64,000 bases of DNA, from NCBI RefSeq assembly GCF_026571515.1, contig NW_026864538.1:248001-312000 (forward strand), read 5' to 3'. The notes under the pieces are model-generated. The model was given only the letters and a program-made list of their open reading frames with translations. It had not been told where the DNA came from and did no database searches. The stretch's first letter is position 1, and every line of letters starts with the position of its first letter. This stretch comes from Ruditapes philippinarum. Taxonomy: Eukaryota. Shown piece by piece: positions 40,086 through 51,409 of the stretch. Made by a program: the position numbers and the translations under genes.

Positions 40086-41559
40086 CGTGTTTAAAAATTT
40101 AATCGATTCTATGTACTTTTTTTAAATCAATCTAAAAATGTAGACATATATACAAAAAGCACTGGTATTTTTTATTTAATATCCTGAAGTTTGCTTAAAA
40201 CATGCTTGCAAAAAGGAATTAGTTTATACAAAAAATTCCGTCATTATAAAATGTCTACATATGAATTCTTCTAAATATTACAGTCCTAATCATGGACTAA
40301 TAAACACAATTTTACGTATTAACCTAATGACAACTTCGAATGACAATAAGCTTAAATCCAGCAAAATCGATTTTTATCATTTTATTATATTTATTTCTAA
40401 TTAAAGCACAATATGTTACACACGCTATTACACACGCTGTTAGGAACATCTTGCTAGTAAACTGAAATGGAAAATATATAGATAACACAAAATTGATAGA
40501 TTAGGTAAAATAAAAAAAAACATTTATTATTGTGATATGTACGACTATGAATATTTGAATAACAGTAAGAAATATGGCGGACACAAAATATTTTCACTAC
40601 TCCTTAACGAGCATCATCGGATACCCATTGTTGATTAACATGTTACATGAGGGAGAAGTTTAAGTATAACAATAAAAACCCTACAGGTTTGCTCTCTTTA
40701 ATTTCTTATAAGATGAAAAATATCTTTAAAAGAATAAATAATGTTGTTAATAAGACATCTCTGTCACCAATGTAAAGAGTTATTCTTTTAAATCTCTAGT
40801 GTGTGTTTTTTTATTATGTAAAGAATATGAAAAATGAATGACCACCTGACTTCCAGAAAACCCATCTTAATTTCAAATCCAATGGTCCGACTGACCACCT
40901 GCTATACAAGTTAATGTCGAGATCGAGACATGTATTGGATCATGATACATATATATCATCATTTACTATTGTAGTTATTCATATCAATGTTGACAGTATT
41001 ATGTATCCATAAAACAATGACTAAGCTCGAAAATAATAAAATAGCCAGTTTAAAATTGGGTCATGAGAAATGTTTTCCTTTGAAAGAAAATGTGATATTT
41101 TGAAGCAAATCTATATGCGAATAATGTAAGTTTAAGGTGTAAAAATCTATACAAACATGTTTAAGAGATGAATAAAAAGAATGAAAATAAAAATATATCT
41201 TTAAAAATATATTTTTTAAACTTCGGATATCAATAAAATTAACAAAGAATATGCTTATTACTTTATTGCACAATAATGAAAGTGGTTTTATTGAAAAAAA
41301 AATTAAAACGTATCACACGGAGCAAAGGTTGCAATATTTGTATCATATAAAGCATGGTGATATGTACAAAAATGTATTTACATTTCTATCTTAAATAAAA
41401 CAATACATAGTGATATCTTGCATTGCTTACTTGATCAGGCTAATTACTTTACAATGAATTATAAATTTATAACGTTTGCATCTTTGAATGATGGTAATAA
41501 ATTGATCAAGTCGGTCGATGCAATTGCAAATTAAAACAAATACTTTCCTTATAACTATC

Positions 41560-41740
41560 GACACTATCCAGCAAACTTAAGGAATAATGGTAGTTCTACT
41601 TAGGTGCCCCGCCATCTCCGGCCTGGGATATTACAAAAAGGCACATGAGGTATTCCCTTACCAGTAAAGCTTGCGAGTCGCCGTATGACTTGCAGTGTGA
41701 GTGTGACTTAAAATCCACCAAAAAAATAAATAACAAATGA
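41560..41740 (+). mobile_element. SINE fragment (MetaSINE-like core); related copy at 47537-47700
   Basis: CTATCCAGC...GGTAGTTCTAC.TAGGTGCCC...GTAAAGCTTG.GAGTCGCCGTATGAC...GTGTGACTTAAA. The 47.6-kb copy has GAGGAAGCTACCCAG and an (AAAC)n tail. Confidence 0.5.
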
Positions 41741-41769
41741 TATAACTTTTATTATTGTAATCTATGTAA

Positions 41770-42010
41770 TTATTTTGTTGTTGCTGTTGTTGTTGTTGTT
41801 CTGGTTGATGATGACGACGACGATGATGATGATGATCAGAAGGACAGTGCTTATTACTATCGTTATGAAAATGACAATGATGCAAGTCATAATGATGATG
41901 ATGTTCACCTGGATGAAATTAAGTTGTTGATTAATTAAGGTGATGATGAAGAGTAGAAGAACGCTGATTTCGATAATGATGACGGTGATGTACATATTGG
42001 TTATAAATAT
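41770..42010. repeat. (GTT)n/(GAT)n low-complexity tract; paralogous tract at 47200-47345
   Basis: Seen directly. It produces spurious poly-Q/H/D ORFs. Confidence 0.85.
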
Positions 42011-42939
42011 CATGGTTGTCCAGGGACATAGTTTTGACTATAATTATGTTCAAGACAAATTCTACAAAGGTTTGTCAAGTTATTTGTTGTTGTAGGTTTT
42101 TTTATTCCTCCGACGGGAGCTTTCACATGGACGTGTCGGCATATACATGTACTAAGAAACAAGTAATTTGACTATAAATTGCAGGTACATAAATAAGGTT
42201 TTGTTGTTGTAGGTTTTTTTTATTTCTTAATTGAAATTAACGATTAATATGACATAACAAAATGTAGAGAGTAAAATATATAGTCCAATTTGAGGATGTG
42301 AATGATAAAAGTGTCATTGCAAGTGTATCAGGATCTATTTCATTTTTCTTATTAAAACTTTGTCATATTTGTCACATAATCTTTGTCACATGAATCATGA
42401 AATGCAAACATTGATAGCAATATAAGATACCCAAAATTTACGACTTCATAAACTTAACGCAAAAAAAACACACTGGCAGAAACATTAGTTATCAGAAGAA
42501 CTGTAGGACATCTTCAGAGTTATTAGAAAAACTCTAGGACTTTTGAAAAATCGGGCATAGATTTGTTAACTGGGTCTCTATGCTTGTTACTTTCCATTAT
42601 AATTAGATAATTAAGTATTGCAAGGAAGATAACAAATTAACAGGTCAATATGAACGAATGAGCAACTCCATCCTCCGAATAACAATTCATTTACCGCGTC
42701 ATTGGAAATTCGGGGATATTTCGGCATGTACGTGAACAAACTAGAGATAATCGTTAATGATAGGGAATCGGGAAGGTGAACACAGTTGTCTACCTTGATT
42801 ACATAAATGAAATGCATGGAATTGTTTAAATCATTTACATTAAATTAGATTTTTGTATACTCATTATCGATTCCCTTATTTCCTTTTCAAAAGAAAACAT
42901 TTTAAATAATTTTATTTTTAGATTCGATGTGTCAAGTTT

Positions 42940-43160
42940 TTCAGGGTAGGCGGCATGTTTGAGTGGTAAAGTCGTCCCGTCGGTCTTGTACTTTGAGGAT
43001 TGTTGGTACCCCGTTAGGGTCAAGTCGTTGTTTCCGTGAGCAAGAAACTTTACACTAATTGCTTAGTACTGGTTGGTTCCAGAGACAGATTCGAGGCTGT
43101 TTCAATAAGCTTATACCTTCCAACACAATTGAATTAAAATAATTCGACTAAACAAATGGT
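42940..43160 (+). mobile_element. CORE-type SINE fragment
   Basis: GTTGTTTCCGTGAGCAAGAAACTTTACACTAATTGCTTAGTACTGGTTGGTTCCAG resembles the CORE-SINE central domain and is preceded by a decayed tRNA-like head. Confidence 0.6.
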
Positions 43161-43699
43161 TGCAAAAAGTACGTTTCATTTTACAAAATGTGTCTTTGGC
43201 TAATATAACGCAAAAAGAAAAATATAATAACACCAATTGATACCACACTAATGTGGTTTATTTACACAAAACTACCAGCGGCTAATAAGAATAATATCGA
43301 ACATTGTGATGATCTAATGTTCTTTTTTATGGATCTTTTAAAAGTTAAACATTTCAGCTACTTATTAATTAATTGTACCAGTATGTACACGTATTTACAA
43401 TATTCTAGTCAACCAAGAAACCAATCAGCGATTGCTTTCAAGATTTAATGTACCTGTTGAATTTTCTGGTTGGGTGAGTAAGATAGGATTTGAATAATTC
43501 AACAGCCAAGTTTATGTTTTTGATTTCATGTATGTTTCCGGAACGGAAGAGAAACAAGGTTTCATACACTTTTCACTGAAACATTCTGAATATCCAATTA
43601 CAAGATATTATGCACAAGATTCGCATATTTCGTTCTTTGCTGAATTAATTAATCAAATACCGAGACGTCCAGATTAAATCATCCTAGTTTCAATACAGT

Positions 43700-44040
43700 A
43701 CAGGTGAACATTTGGCTTTGGCTTAACAATTGACTTAACTGACTTGAAGTGAAAATTTGCCTTTGAGTTAACATAACACTTCGTCTTAACATTTGATTTC
43801 GAGTTAACATTTAACTTTGAGTGAACATTTGACTCCGAGTGAACATTTGTCTATGAGCAAATATTTGACTTTAACATTTCACATCAAGTGAAGTCTTGAC
43901 TTGGAGTGAACAATTGATTTCGAGTGAACATTTGTCTTCAAGTGAACTTTTTACTTCGAGTGAACATTTGTTTTCGAACGAACATCTGCCTTCGACCATT
44001 TGACTTTGCGTGAACACTTGACTTGAAGTGAAGGAACACA
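43700..44040. repeat. 18-bp minisatellite downstream of copy H (paralogue of 37780-38150)
   Basis: Units ~TTCGAGTGAACATTTGAC. These cause the 6-aa periodicity in ORF 43871-44128. Confidence 0.85.
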
Positions 44041-44290
44041 TGGCATTGAATATTATCAAAGTAAGCATTTGAATACAACAAATTCTGAAACGTTGCAGAG
44101 ATGTAACATCAACATGATATAAAACCATGAATGTTAAGATAAGTTTATAACTGGAATACGACTTGACCGAAATTCGATTTTATTCAAATGACATGTATAT
44201 AATTGTATAATGCTCATTAACAATTCTTAATCAATAACTGGAAAAAACTTTCAACACTGTCATATTCGGACTGCTTCACCAAAATTGTTT

Positions 44291-46015
44291 TTAAACTGGC
44301 ATATCCAGTTTTACATTTCCTAGCTTTTCCCAGCGCTTCTGGACTCTGTGGATTAGTTTTTCTCCATATTTAATTAACACGGTCTTGTCAACTATTCTTC
44401 TCGATGTATCTTTATAATTTTGCCAGTTTCTGTAATGGTGAAGTAGACCTAATTCTACAGGTACTATGTACGAACGACTTCCCGATACCTCGTGAATCAT
44501 CAAACTGTTGTCTTCTTTGATTGTCCTTGTAAAATACTTTGACCTTGACCTAGCAGGAAATATGACATCTTCATGTTCAAAATATTGTAACGATATGATA
44601 TTAAACTTTTGAGCAATGATTTTATTTCGAAACTGATTTATATAACTGTTCCATTCTTTTCTGAAAAATGTATTGCGGAAAATATAAGTATCATATTCCG
44701 ACGGGAGCTGTGTAAAGAGTTCAGACCATGTAGAAGCATTATCAGAGTGTGGTATTATAAACTCATCTACATCAACATTGATTACGAACTCTGAATGCGC
44801 TCTGTTTCGATACAGACAGTCCTGAAGCATTGGTATCATTCCGATAGAATGAATGTCCACAGGATCTGACGTTTTCGGCCATGTGTAACTCTTAATCGGT
44901 AAATCCCATTGTACAACTTCTACGATGTCTTCTTCAACATAATTGTTGAGCACTTGATCAGTGTTCATTGCGATAGAGTAATTGTATACAACGATCTTTT
45001 CTGCTCCAAGCATCTTGTTAAATTCTATCCACTCAACGAGTTCGTAAGCTCTACCATACCGGAAATGCAACGGTTTCAAACAGACCGTGAACTTCCGTTG
45101 ATATTTTTGTGGTGCTCTTCCATTCTTCACCTTAAGTAGATGAAGAGGCACCTTACATTGACTTGTTACCAATGAAATATAATGAGTATTGGAAGGTACA
45201 CCAGGGCAAATAAATACAGAACCTGAGTATCTGAAATAAATATTAAAAACAGTACATGATAAAAGAAATGTTAAAGTATTGTCTCTGTAGTTATAATTTT
45301 NNNNNNNNNNNNNNNNNNNNNNNNNNNNNNNNNNNNNNNNNNNNNNNNNNNNNNNNNNNNNNNNNNNNNNNNNNNNNNNNNNNNNNNNNNNNNNNNNNNN
45401 NNNNNNNNNNNNNNNNNNNNNNNNNNNNNNNNNNNNNNNNNNNNNNNNNNNNNNNNNNNNNNNNNNNNNNNNNNNNNNNNNNNNNNNNNNNNNNNNNNNN
45501 NNNNNNNNNNNNNNNNNNNNNNNNNNNNNNNNNNNNNNNTGGCTCTCAGGAAGGACGTGTATATTTGCAGGTTTTTCATGCATTATAATTGTATCATTCG
45601 CCGGCATTAAATGCCAGTATTGGCAAAATATTTTCGCTATACTACGAGTGCTTGCACCGACCACTTTAATTTTACCACTTTGTTCAACAATATATGCAGA
45701 AAACACAAACGCATTCTTCTTTTCGTCTACTCTTCTCCATGATTCTTCTTTCAGTAACTCGGCCGGGTACATGATATTAATGCAATCACCATTTGTCACG
45801 TGCATTTCTTTCATTAATTGTAATGTGTTTGTTTGATTAACATTTTTCGTCATTTTGGAAGACTGTGACTGTGGGAGAAATATATCCAGACTCTTTGAAT
45901 TTAAATTCATGCGTTTGACAAGCGAATCTTCAGAGCTTAATAACATATGATAGCATATCAACATAGTCTGTACTCCTAGAATTACTATCACTGTTTGACG
46001 GTATTTGATCCTCAT
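44291..46015 (-). CDS. GT92 copy H, probably intact (exon 1 46015 into the N gap; exon 2 45230-44291)
   Basis: About 90% identical to copy G in exon 2; VCLKPL, IHSIGMIPMLQDC, NVDVDEFIIP, LLHHYRNW. Acceptor TTTCAG|A at 45231/45230. The donor lies in the gap. Confidence 0.88.
   Translation of the reverse strand: MRIKYRQTVIVILGVQTMLICYHMLLSSEDSLVKRMNLNSKSLDIFLPQSQSSKMTKNVNQTNTLQLMKEMHVTNGDCINIMYPAELLKEESWRRVDEKKNAFVFSAYIVEQSGKIKVVGASTRSIAKIFCQYWHLMPANDTIIMHEKPANIHVLPESXXXXXXXXXXXXXXXXXXXXXXXXXXXXXXXXXXXXXXXXXXXXXXXXXXXXXXXXXXXXXXXXXXXXXXXXXXXXXXXXXNYNYRDNTLTFLLSCTVFNIYFRYSGSVFICPGVPSNTHYISLVTSQCKVPLHLLKVKNGRAPQKYQRKFTVCLKPLHFRYGRAYELVEWIEFNKMLGAEKIVVYNYSIAMNTDQVLNNYVEEDIVEVVQWDLPIKSYTWPKTSDPVDIHSIGMIPMLQDCLYRNRAHSEFVINVDVDEFIIPHSDNASTWSELFTQLPSEYDTYIFRNTFFRKEWNSYINQFRNKIIAQKFNIISLQYFEHEDVIFPARSRSKYFTRTIKEDNSLMIHEVSGSRSYIVPVELGLLHHYRNWQNYKDTSRRIVDKTVLIKYGEKLIHRVQKRWEKLGNVKLDMPV
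45301..45539. other. Assembly gap
   Basis: Run of N at the position of the intronic microsatellite seen in copy G. Confidence 0.99.
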
Positions 46016-47344
46016 CTTGTTTCAAAATTTAATCGATTCTATCTTCTTTTTCTATTTGATATCTTTTTCATTAAATGTCTGTTAAGTTTGCTTAAACTTG
46101 CTGGCAAAATAGGGATTAGTTTATACAAAATCATCATAATAAATTTGTCTACGAAGATATTCTCTTAAATATTCTAGTCCTAATCAGAACATGTGAACAC
46201 CATTTACGTTTTTAACTCCAAGACAACCTATGTGAATGGCAATAAACTTAAATCCAGCAAAATTGATTTCATCATTTGTTTTATAACAGGTTATTTCTGA
46301 ATTTAAACAATAATGTTCATGCAAAATATGTTTCACACCCTCGTTGGTACATCTAGCTTGTAAGCTGAAATATGTACACACAACAAAAGTTGAATGATTA
46401 GGTAAACAATGGAAGATAAGTATTGATATTTTTTCATTAAACTACGTAATACTGTAGACATTAAAATTAATTTTCGCAATATCATGTAGACACGGAACAG
46501 TTATCTAACATCAATTTTACATGACTTTAAAAATAATTAAATTGTCGGCCATGAGAATTAAATGTTTACCTTTGAATCAGAATGTTTTAGTATTTCGAAG
46601 CAAATCTTCGGCGAATTATATAAGTTGTATGTAAAAAAAAATCTATCCAAACATTTATTAGAAATTAATAAAAAAAATGACAATAAAAGGATATTTTAAT
46701 ATTGAGTTAATATATAAACGAAAGATGAATAAACGCAATTTGGACATCAATAAAATTGAATTCGAATGTGCCTATTAATTTATTGCAAAATAATGAAACA
46801 GGTTTTGTATAAAATAATGACATATCGCAAGGAACAAATGTTTGAATATACAAAAATGTATTTACAATTCCATCTAAAGTAATACAATACATAATGACAT
46901 CTTACAATGCTTACCTTATCAGGTTTATCACTTTACAATGGAATAAAAATCTATAACGTTTGCATCTTTGAATGATGGTAATAAATCGATCGAGTTAATC
47001 GATGAAATTGCAAATTAAAACAGATCCTTTCCAGTAAAGTATCGACGTATAGAACGAATCATAACTGGAGAGAACCGCTGCCTCGCCTAATCAATAGAAG
47101 GCAGATTAATTCTCTTGTGGACAAGCATTGTTGGACCGTATATGTCACGGATCGAATATATTACATCAGTGAGAAAAATCATCCGAATAAAATGCAAGTG
47201 TGATGATATGATGATGGTCGCCATGTTGCAGCTCCTAGTAGGGATGATGATGATGATTGATGGTGATGATGATGATGATGATGATGATGGTGATGATATA
47301 GATGATATTGATGATATAGATGATGATAAACAAATATACGATGC

Positions 47345-47536
47345 NNNNNNNNNNNNNNNNNNNNNNNNNNNNNNNNNNNNNNNNNNNNNNNNNNNNNNNN
47401 NNNNNNNNNNNNNNNNNNNNNNNNNNNNNNNNNNNNNNNNNNNNNNNNNNNNNNNNNNNNNNNNNNNNNNNNNNNNNNNNNNNNNNNNNNNNNNNNNNNN
47501 NNNNNNNNNNNNNNNNNNNNNNNNNNNNNNNNNNNN
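47345..47536. other. Assembly gap
   Basis: Run of N following a (GAT)n tract. Confidence 0.99.
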
Positions 47537-48013
47537 TGGCTAAGTGTCTTAAGTCGCAGACTACAAATCATTTACCCCATATCGCTTTGAAAGGTTTTGT
47601 ATTCATTTATACGAGGAAGCTACCCAGTTAGCTTAATTAAGGAATGTCGGTGATTTCTTCGCAGTATTGGTGTGACATAAAATCAAACAAACAAACAAAT
47701 GAAAGCGATAACGATTATGATTGTAATCTTATTTATGATTTGTTGTTGTTTATGTTGTTGATTTCGATAATGATGACATAGATGATGATAGTGATAAAGA
47801 TCATGGTCGTCTAGGGACGTTGTTTTTGTCTAAATTTAGTTGAATGGTCAAATTCTATTTAGGTTTGCAAAAAAATGCCTATGCTCTTAACGGTCAGTTT
47901 GTCGTTTTGGCATTTACGAAGAAACAATAAATATAATCCAGAAGATAATTATATATACTGCAGGTACGAAACAAAGTTTTATTGGCTTTTTATTGTCGTT
48001 TTGTTTTTTGTTC

Positions 48014-49816
48014 TACGAAAGCCTAATAGTGTCAAATAAGATGAAAAAAATAAAAATGCAAAGGCGTTATAACGCGAATAAAGGCGTTATTACGCGAATC
48101 AAAAGGCGTAAATACGCAAATCAAAAGGCGTAATAACGCGAAAAAAGGCGTAGTAACGCGAATAAAGGCGTAGTAACGCGAACCAAAAGGCGTAATAACG
48201 CAAATCAAAATGCGAAGTAACGCGAATAAAGGCGTAGTAACGCGAAACAAAAGGCGTAATAACGCAAATTCAAAGGTGTAGTAACGCGAATAAAGGCGTA
48301 GTAACACGAAACAAAAGGCGTAATAACGCAAATCAAAGGGTGTAGTAACGCGAATAAAGGCGTAGTAACGCGAACCAAAAGGCGAATAAAGGCTTTATAA
48401 CGCAAATCAAAAGGCGTAATAACGCGAATAAAGGCGTTATAACGCGAATCAAAAGGCGTTATAACGTGAATAAAGGCGTTATAACGCGAATCAAAAGGCG
48501 TAATAACGCGAACCAAAAGGCGTAATAATGCAAAACAAAAGGCATTATAACGCTAATTTAATACCATATAAATTCCAAACAGTGGCCTAGCAATGTAAGA
48601 TAGGAATAACAATGTTGATCTAAATGAATCGATCAAGACGTACGTTTTATTTTCAATTCTATACGGATACGTCCTAAGGCCACAGTCTGATTTTTTTAAA
48701 TCTTTTATTAGGAAATGCTTTCGTCAGATTAGAGGTTAACTATCATCCAACTATAGATACTTTTCTACATAGACAAAGAAGGCAATGTCTCCTATATAAT
48801 TGTGACTTAACTGAAACACTACCCCCCATTTAAGCATACCTATCAATAATCACCCTAATGTGACTAACTTATACCTTACCTTTTCCCAAATCTTGTTACC
48901 TATAGCGTATTACCTATAACTTAATTAGGAATGGTTTTCACATAATTAGAAAATACTAGAGGTTATAAGGTAATCAAACAGGATATATCCGAAGATAATT
49001 GAACATATGACGCACATATAAGATAAGATAAGATAAGATATAATATAAGAAAAGAAAATAAATTAATTTACTATAGACGTGGCATGTGTAAAATCAATGA
49101 TGTGATACATGTGAATTCAGAGTAACTGTATTTACGTCCAGTCCAATGAACCTACAAGGCACCAAGTCACCTTATATTGGCAAATATTAAAGAGTCTTCA
49201 TTAGTTTATAACAAATAGTTTGCATTATTACTGCGCAAATGGAATGATAGTTATTGTAAATGTATATAATATTATTCTATACGAGTTTTATATCTTGAGC
49301 CATAAATTCAGATAAATATTGGTTTTCCTATCTCACGTTACCAGGCTATTTGATTAGTATAAATATGGTATTAAATTGGCATTATAATGCGTTTTAATTT
49401 GCGTTATTACGCCTTTTGGTTCGCGTTACTACGCCTTTTGATTTGCGTTATTACGCCTTTTGTTTCGCATTATAACGCAAATAAAGGCGTTATTACGCCT
49501 TTTAATTCGCGTTATAACGCCTTATTCGCGTTATTACGCCTTTTGATTCGCGTTATTACGCCTTTTGTTTCGCATTATAACGCAAATAAAGGCGTTATTA
49601 CGCCTTTTAATTCGCGTTATAACGCCTTATTCGCGTTATTACGCCTTTTGATTCGAGTTATAACGCCTTTATTCGCGTTACTTCGCCTTTATTTGCGTTG
49701 CTACGCCTTTTCGCGTTATTACGCCTTTTGATTTCCGTAATTACGCCTTTTGATTCGCGTTATAACGCCTTTGCATTTTTATTTTATTTTTCATTTGACA
49801 CTATTAGGCTTTCGTA
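48014..49816. mobile_element. Non-autonomous foldback DNA transposon, IS3EU-like (TAC...GTA ends, 6-bp TSD TTGTTC)
   Basis: TIRs TACGAAAGCCTAATAGTGTCAAAT and ATTTGACACTATTAGGCTTTCGTA; TTGTTC at 48008-48013 and 49817-49822. Inverted arms (~48014-48570, ~49362-49816) are built of 21-23-bp subrepeats AAAGGCGTAATAACGCGAA. The element is absent at the paralogous site ~42220. Confidence 0.88.
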
Positions 49817-51409
49817 TTGTTCCTTAATTAAATTTAACAATAAAAATGACATAAAAAAAAAGTATACATTTTGTTTAAAATAAAGCATAAATTTGAGGAG
49901 GTGAATAATCAGAGAGTTATTGTAAGTATAATTTAATGGGTTATCACACTGGGTGCTTTGACTACGTCTAACGAGATCCTGGACGAGTAAAATACACTCG
50001 ACTCAAATACAAGTTCCAAAATATGTTTTCCCATCCTAAAAACCTTATTATATTTGTCATATATTGTTTGTCACATGAAATCCAAACATTGATGGCAATA
50101 TAAAATACCTTAAATTCACGATTTTAACAACTTTCATATAAATGTTTCATCATGTTTTAAGATCGCAGTGTATTTTAATAAGTAAACAGTATAAACGTTT
50201 GATAGATCTGAGCTCTTTGATATTCAACAAGAACCTCCTTTTAATATATATGTTATTTTCGTTTCTTTTTTTATAACAGCTTGGCAATATTTACACTTTT
50301 TTTCGGTCATCTGTAATATGGCTATTAAAACGTTCTAGACGGTGCTGATAGAGTGGTTTTATTAGGTACTAAACGTTCTTCTGCGCGGTACATTCCAACA
50401 TTGAACAGAGATGTTACCTAGATATGTGATATAAAGCGTTTATACAACAAAAAGTAGATCGTAAATATGTACTTCACCAAATAGACTTTAATCACTTGGC
50501 AAATGCACAAAGTCGAAATGAACTTTAAAATAAGTTATAGTGTTTGCTGCGACTTTCTATATAACACTTTGAATGAATACTATTTAAATTGACTGTTATT
50601 TAACCACGTATTGATCTATGGATGTGTCTGTATATTGATTGGATCATGCAAGATCTAAAATTCAGACAGATCAACGCGGGTTGCAGAGATGTGCGGTCTA
50701 ATAAACAGTGAAAATTGCTTATTCGAAGTGTTAAAGAGATTCTGTTTTCAGAATCATGCACCATAAAAATACTCAATCTGATCAAACGGTGGTCCAATAA
50801 ACAGAATTCTATACAGATCAATCCGTGGTCCAGTAAACAGATTTATCATTGAGTGATCAGATAAAGATAAACGATTTACAGATCAATGGTGCTATAATTC
50901 CCAATTGCTCTTCGCCAATCATTGCCTCTCACGATCAAATTCAATGTATCTCAATTTGGAACCCAGGACTTATTTCATTGGCTGATAAATGTTTTTAAAA
51001 AGATGAAATCCGAAATCCGTGCAGTTTGTGTTAAATTAAAAATTTAAATTAAATTACAATCCCGAATACATAGATTTTTAACAAGTAGCATCATCTTAAA
51101 TCTACAAAAATATATATAACAGAGAGGAACAGTATCCCTAAAGAACGTCCAAAACAGGTAATAGAAATGTTGCTGGCTCCTATTGATTGAATCTGTTAAC
51201 TGACGGTACTGGAAAGTGCAAGTTACCGTCCACGCCCCGTAGCACCGGCTTAAGCATAAGTCAACATGTAACATGTAATGGTAAAGTTTTAAACATGTTT
51301 CTTTAAAACTATATATGCAATGCCTAGAATCTAGATGTTTGACATATAGCACCATCTTGTTGTCCTGTACAGAAGTTATATACAACATGTCCCCGGGGTT
51401 CTATTGATG

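Noticed and set aside
43871-44128. Cys-periodic 85-aa ORF (CSLE repeats)
   Set aside because: Translation of the 18-bp minisatellite; no equivalent ORF is listed for the paralogous array.
44291-46015. 574-aa single-exon ORF
   Set aside because: Artefact of reading through the N gap and intron. Paralogue G shows the two-exon structure.
1-46015. Recent bacterial origin or operon-like organisation of the glycosyltransferases
   Set aside because: The genes have a conserved spliceosomal intron, type II Golgi topology, mixed orientation and host-like composition.
41658-47631. Poly-Q/H/D/I ORFs
   Set aside because: They derive from GAT/GTT microsatellites and N gaps.
48040-49770. Regular 21-23-bp repeats resembling a CRISPR array, and repetitive ORFs (48032, 48205, 49387, 49698)
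   Set aside because: There are no unique spacers and no cas genes, and the context is eukaryotic. The repeats are the mirror-image arms of a TIR element with a TSD, and the ORFs are by-products.
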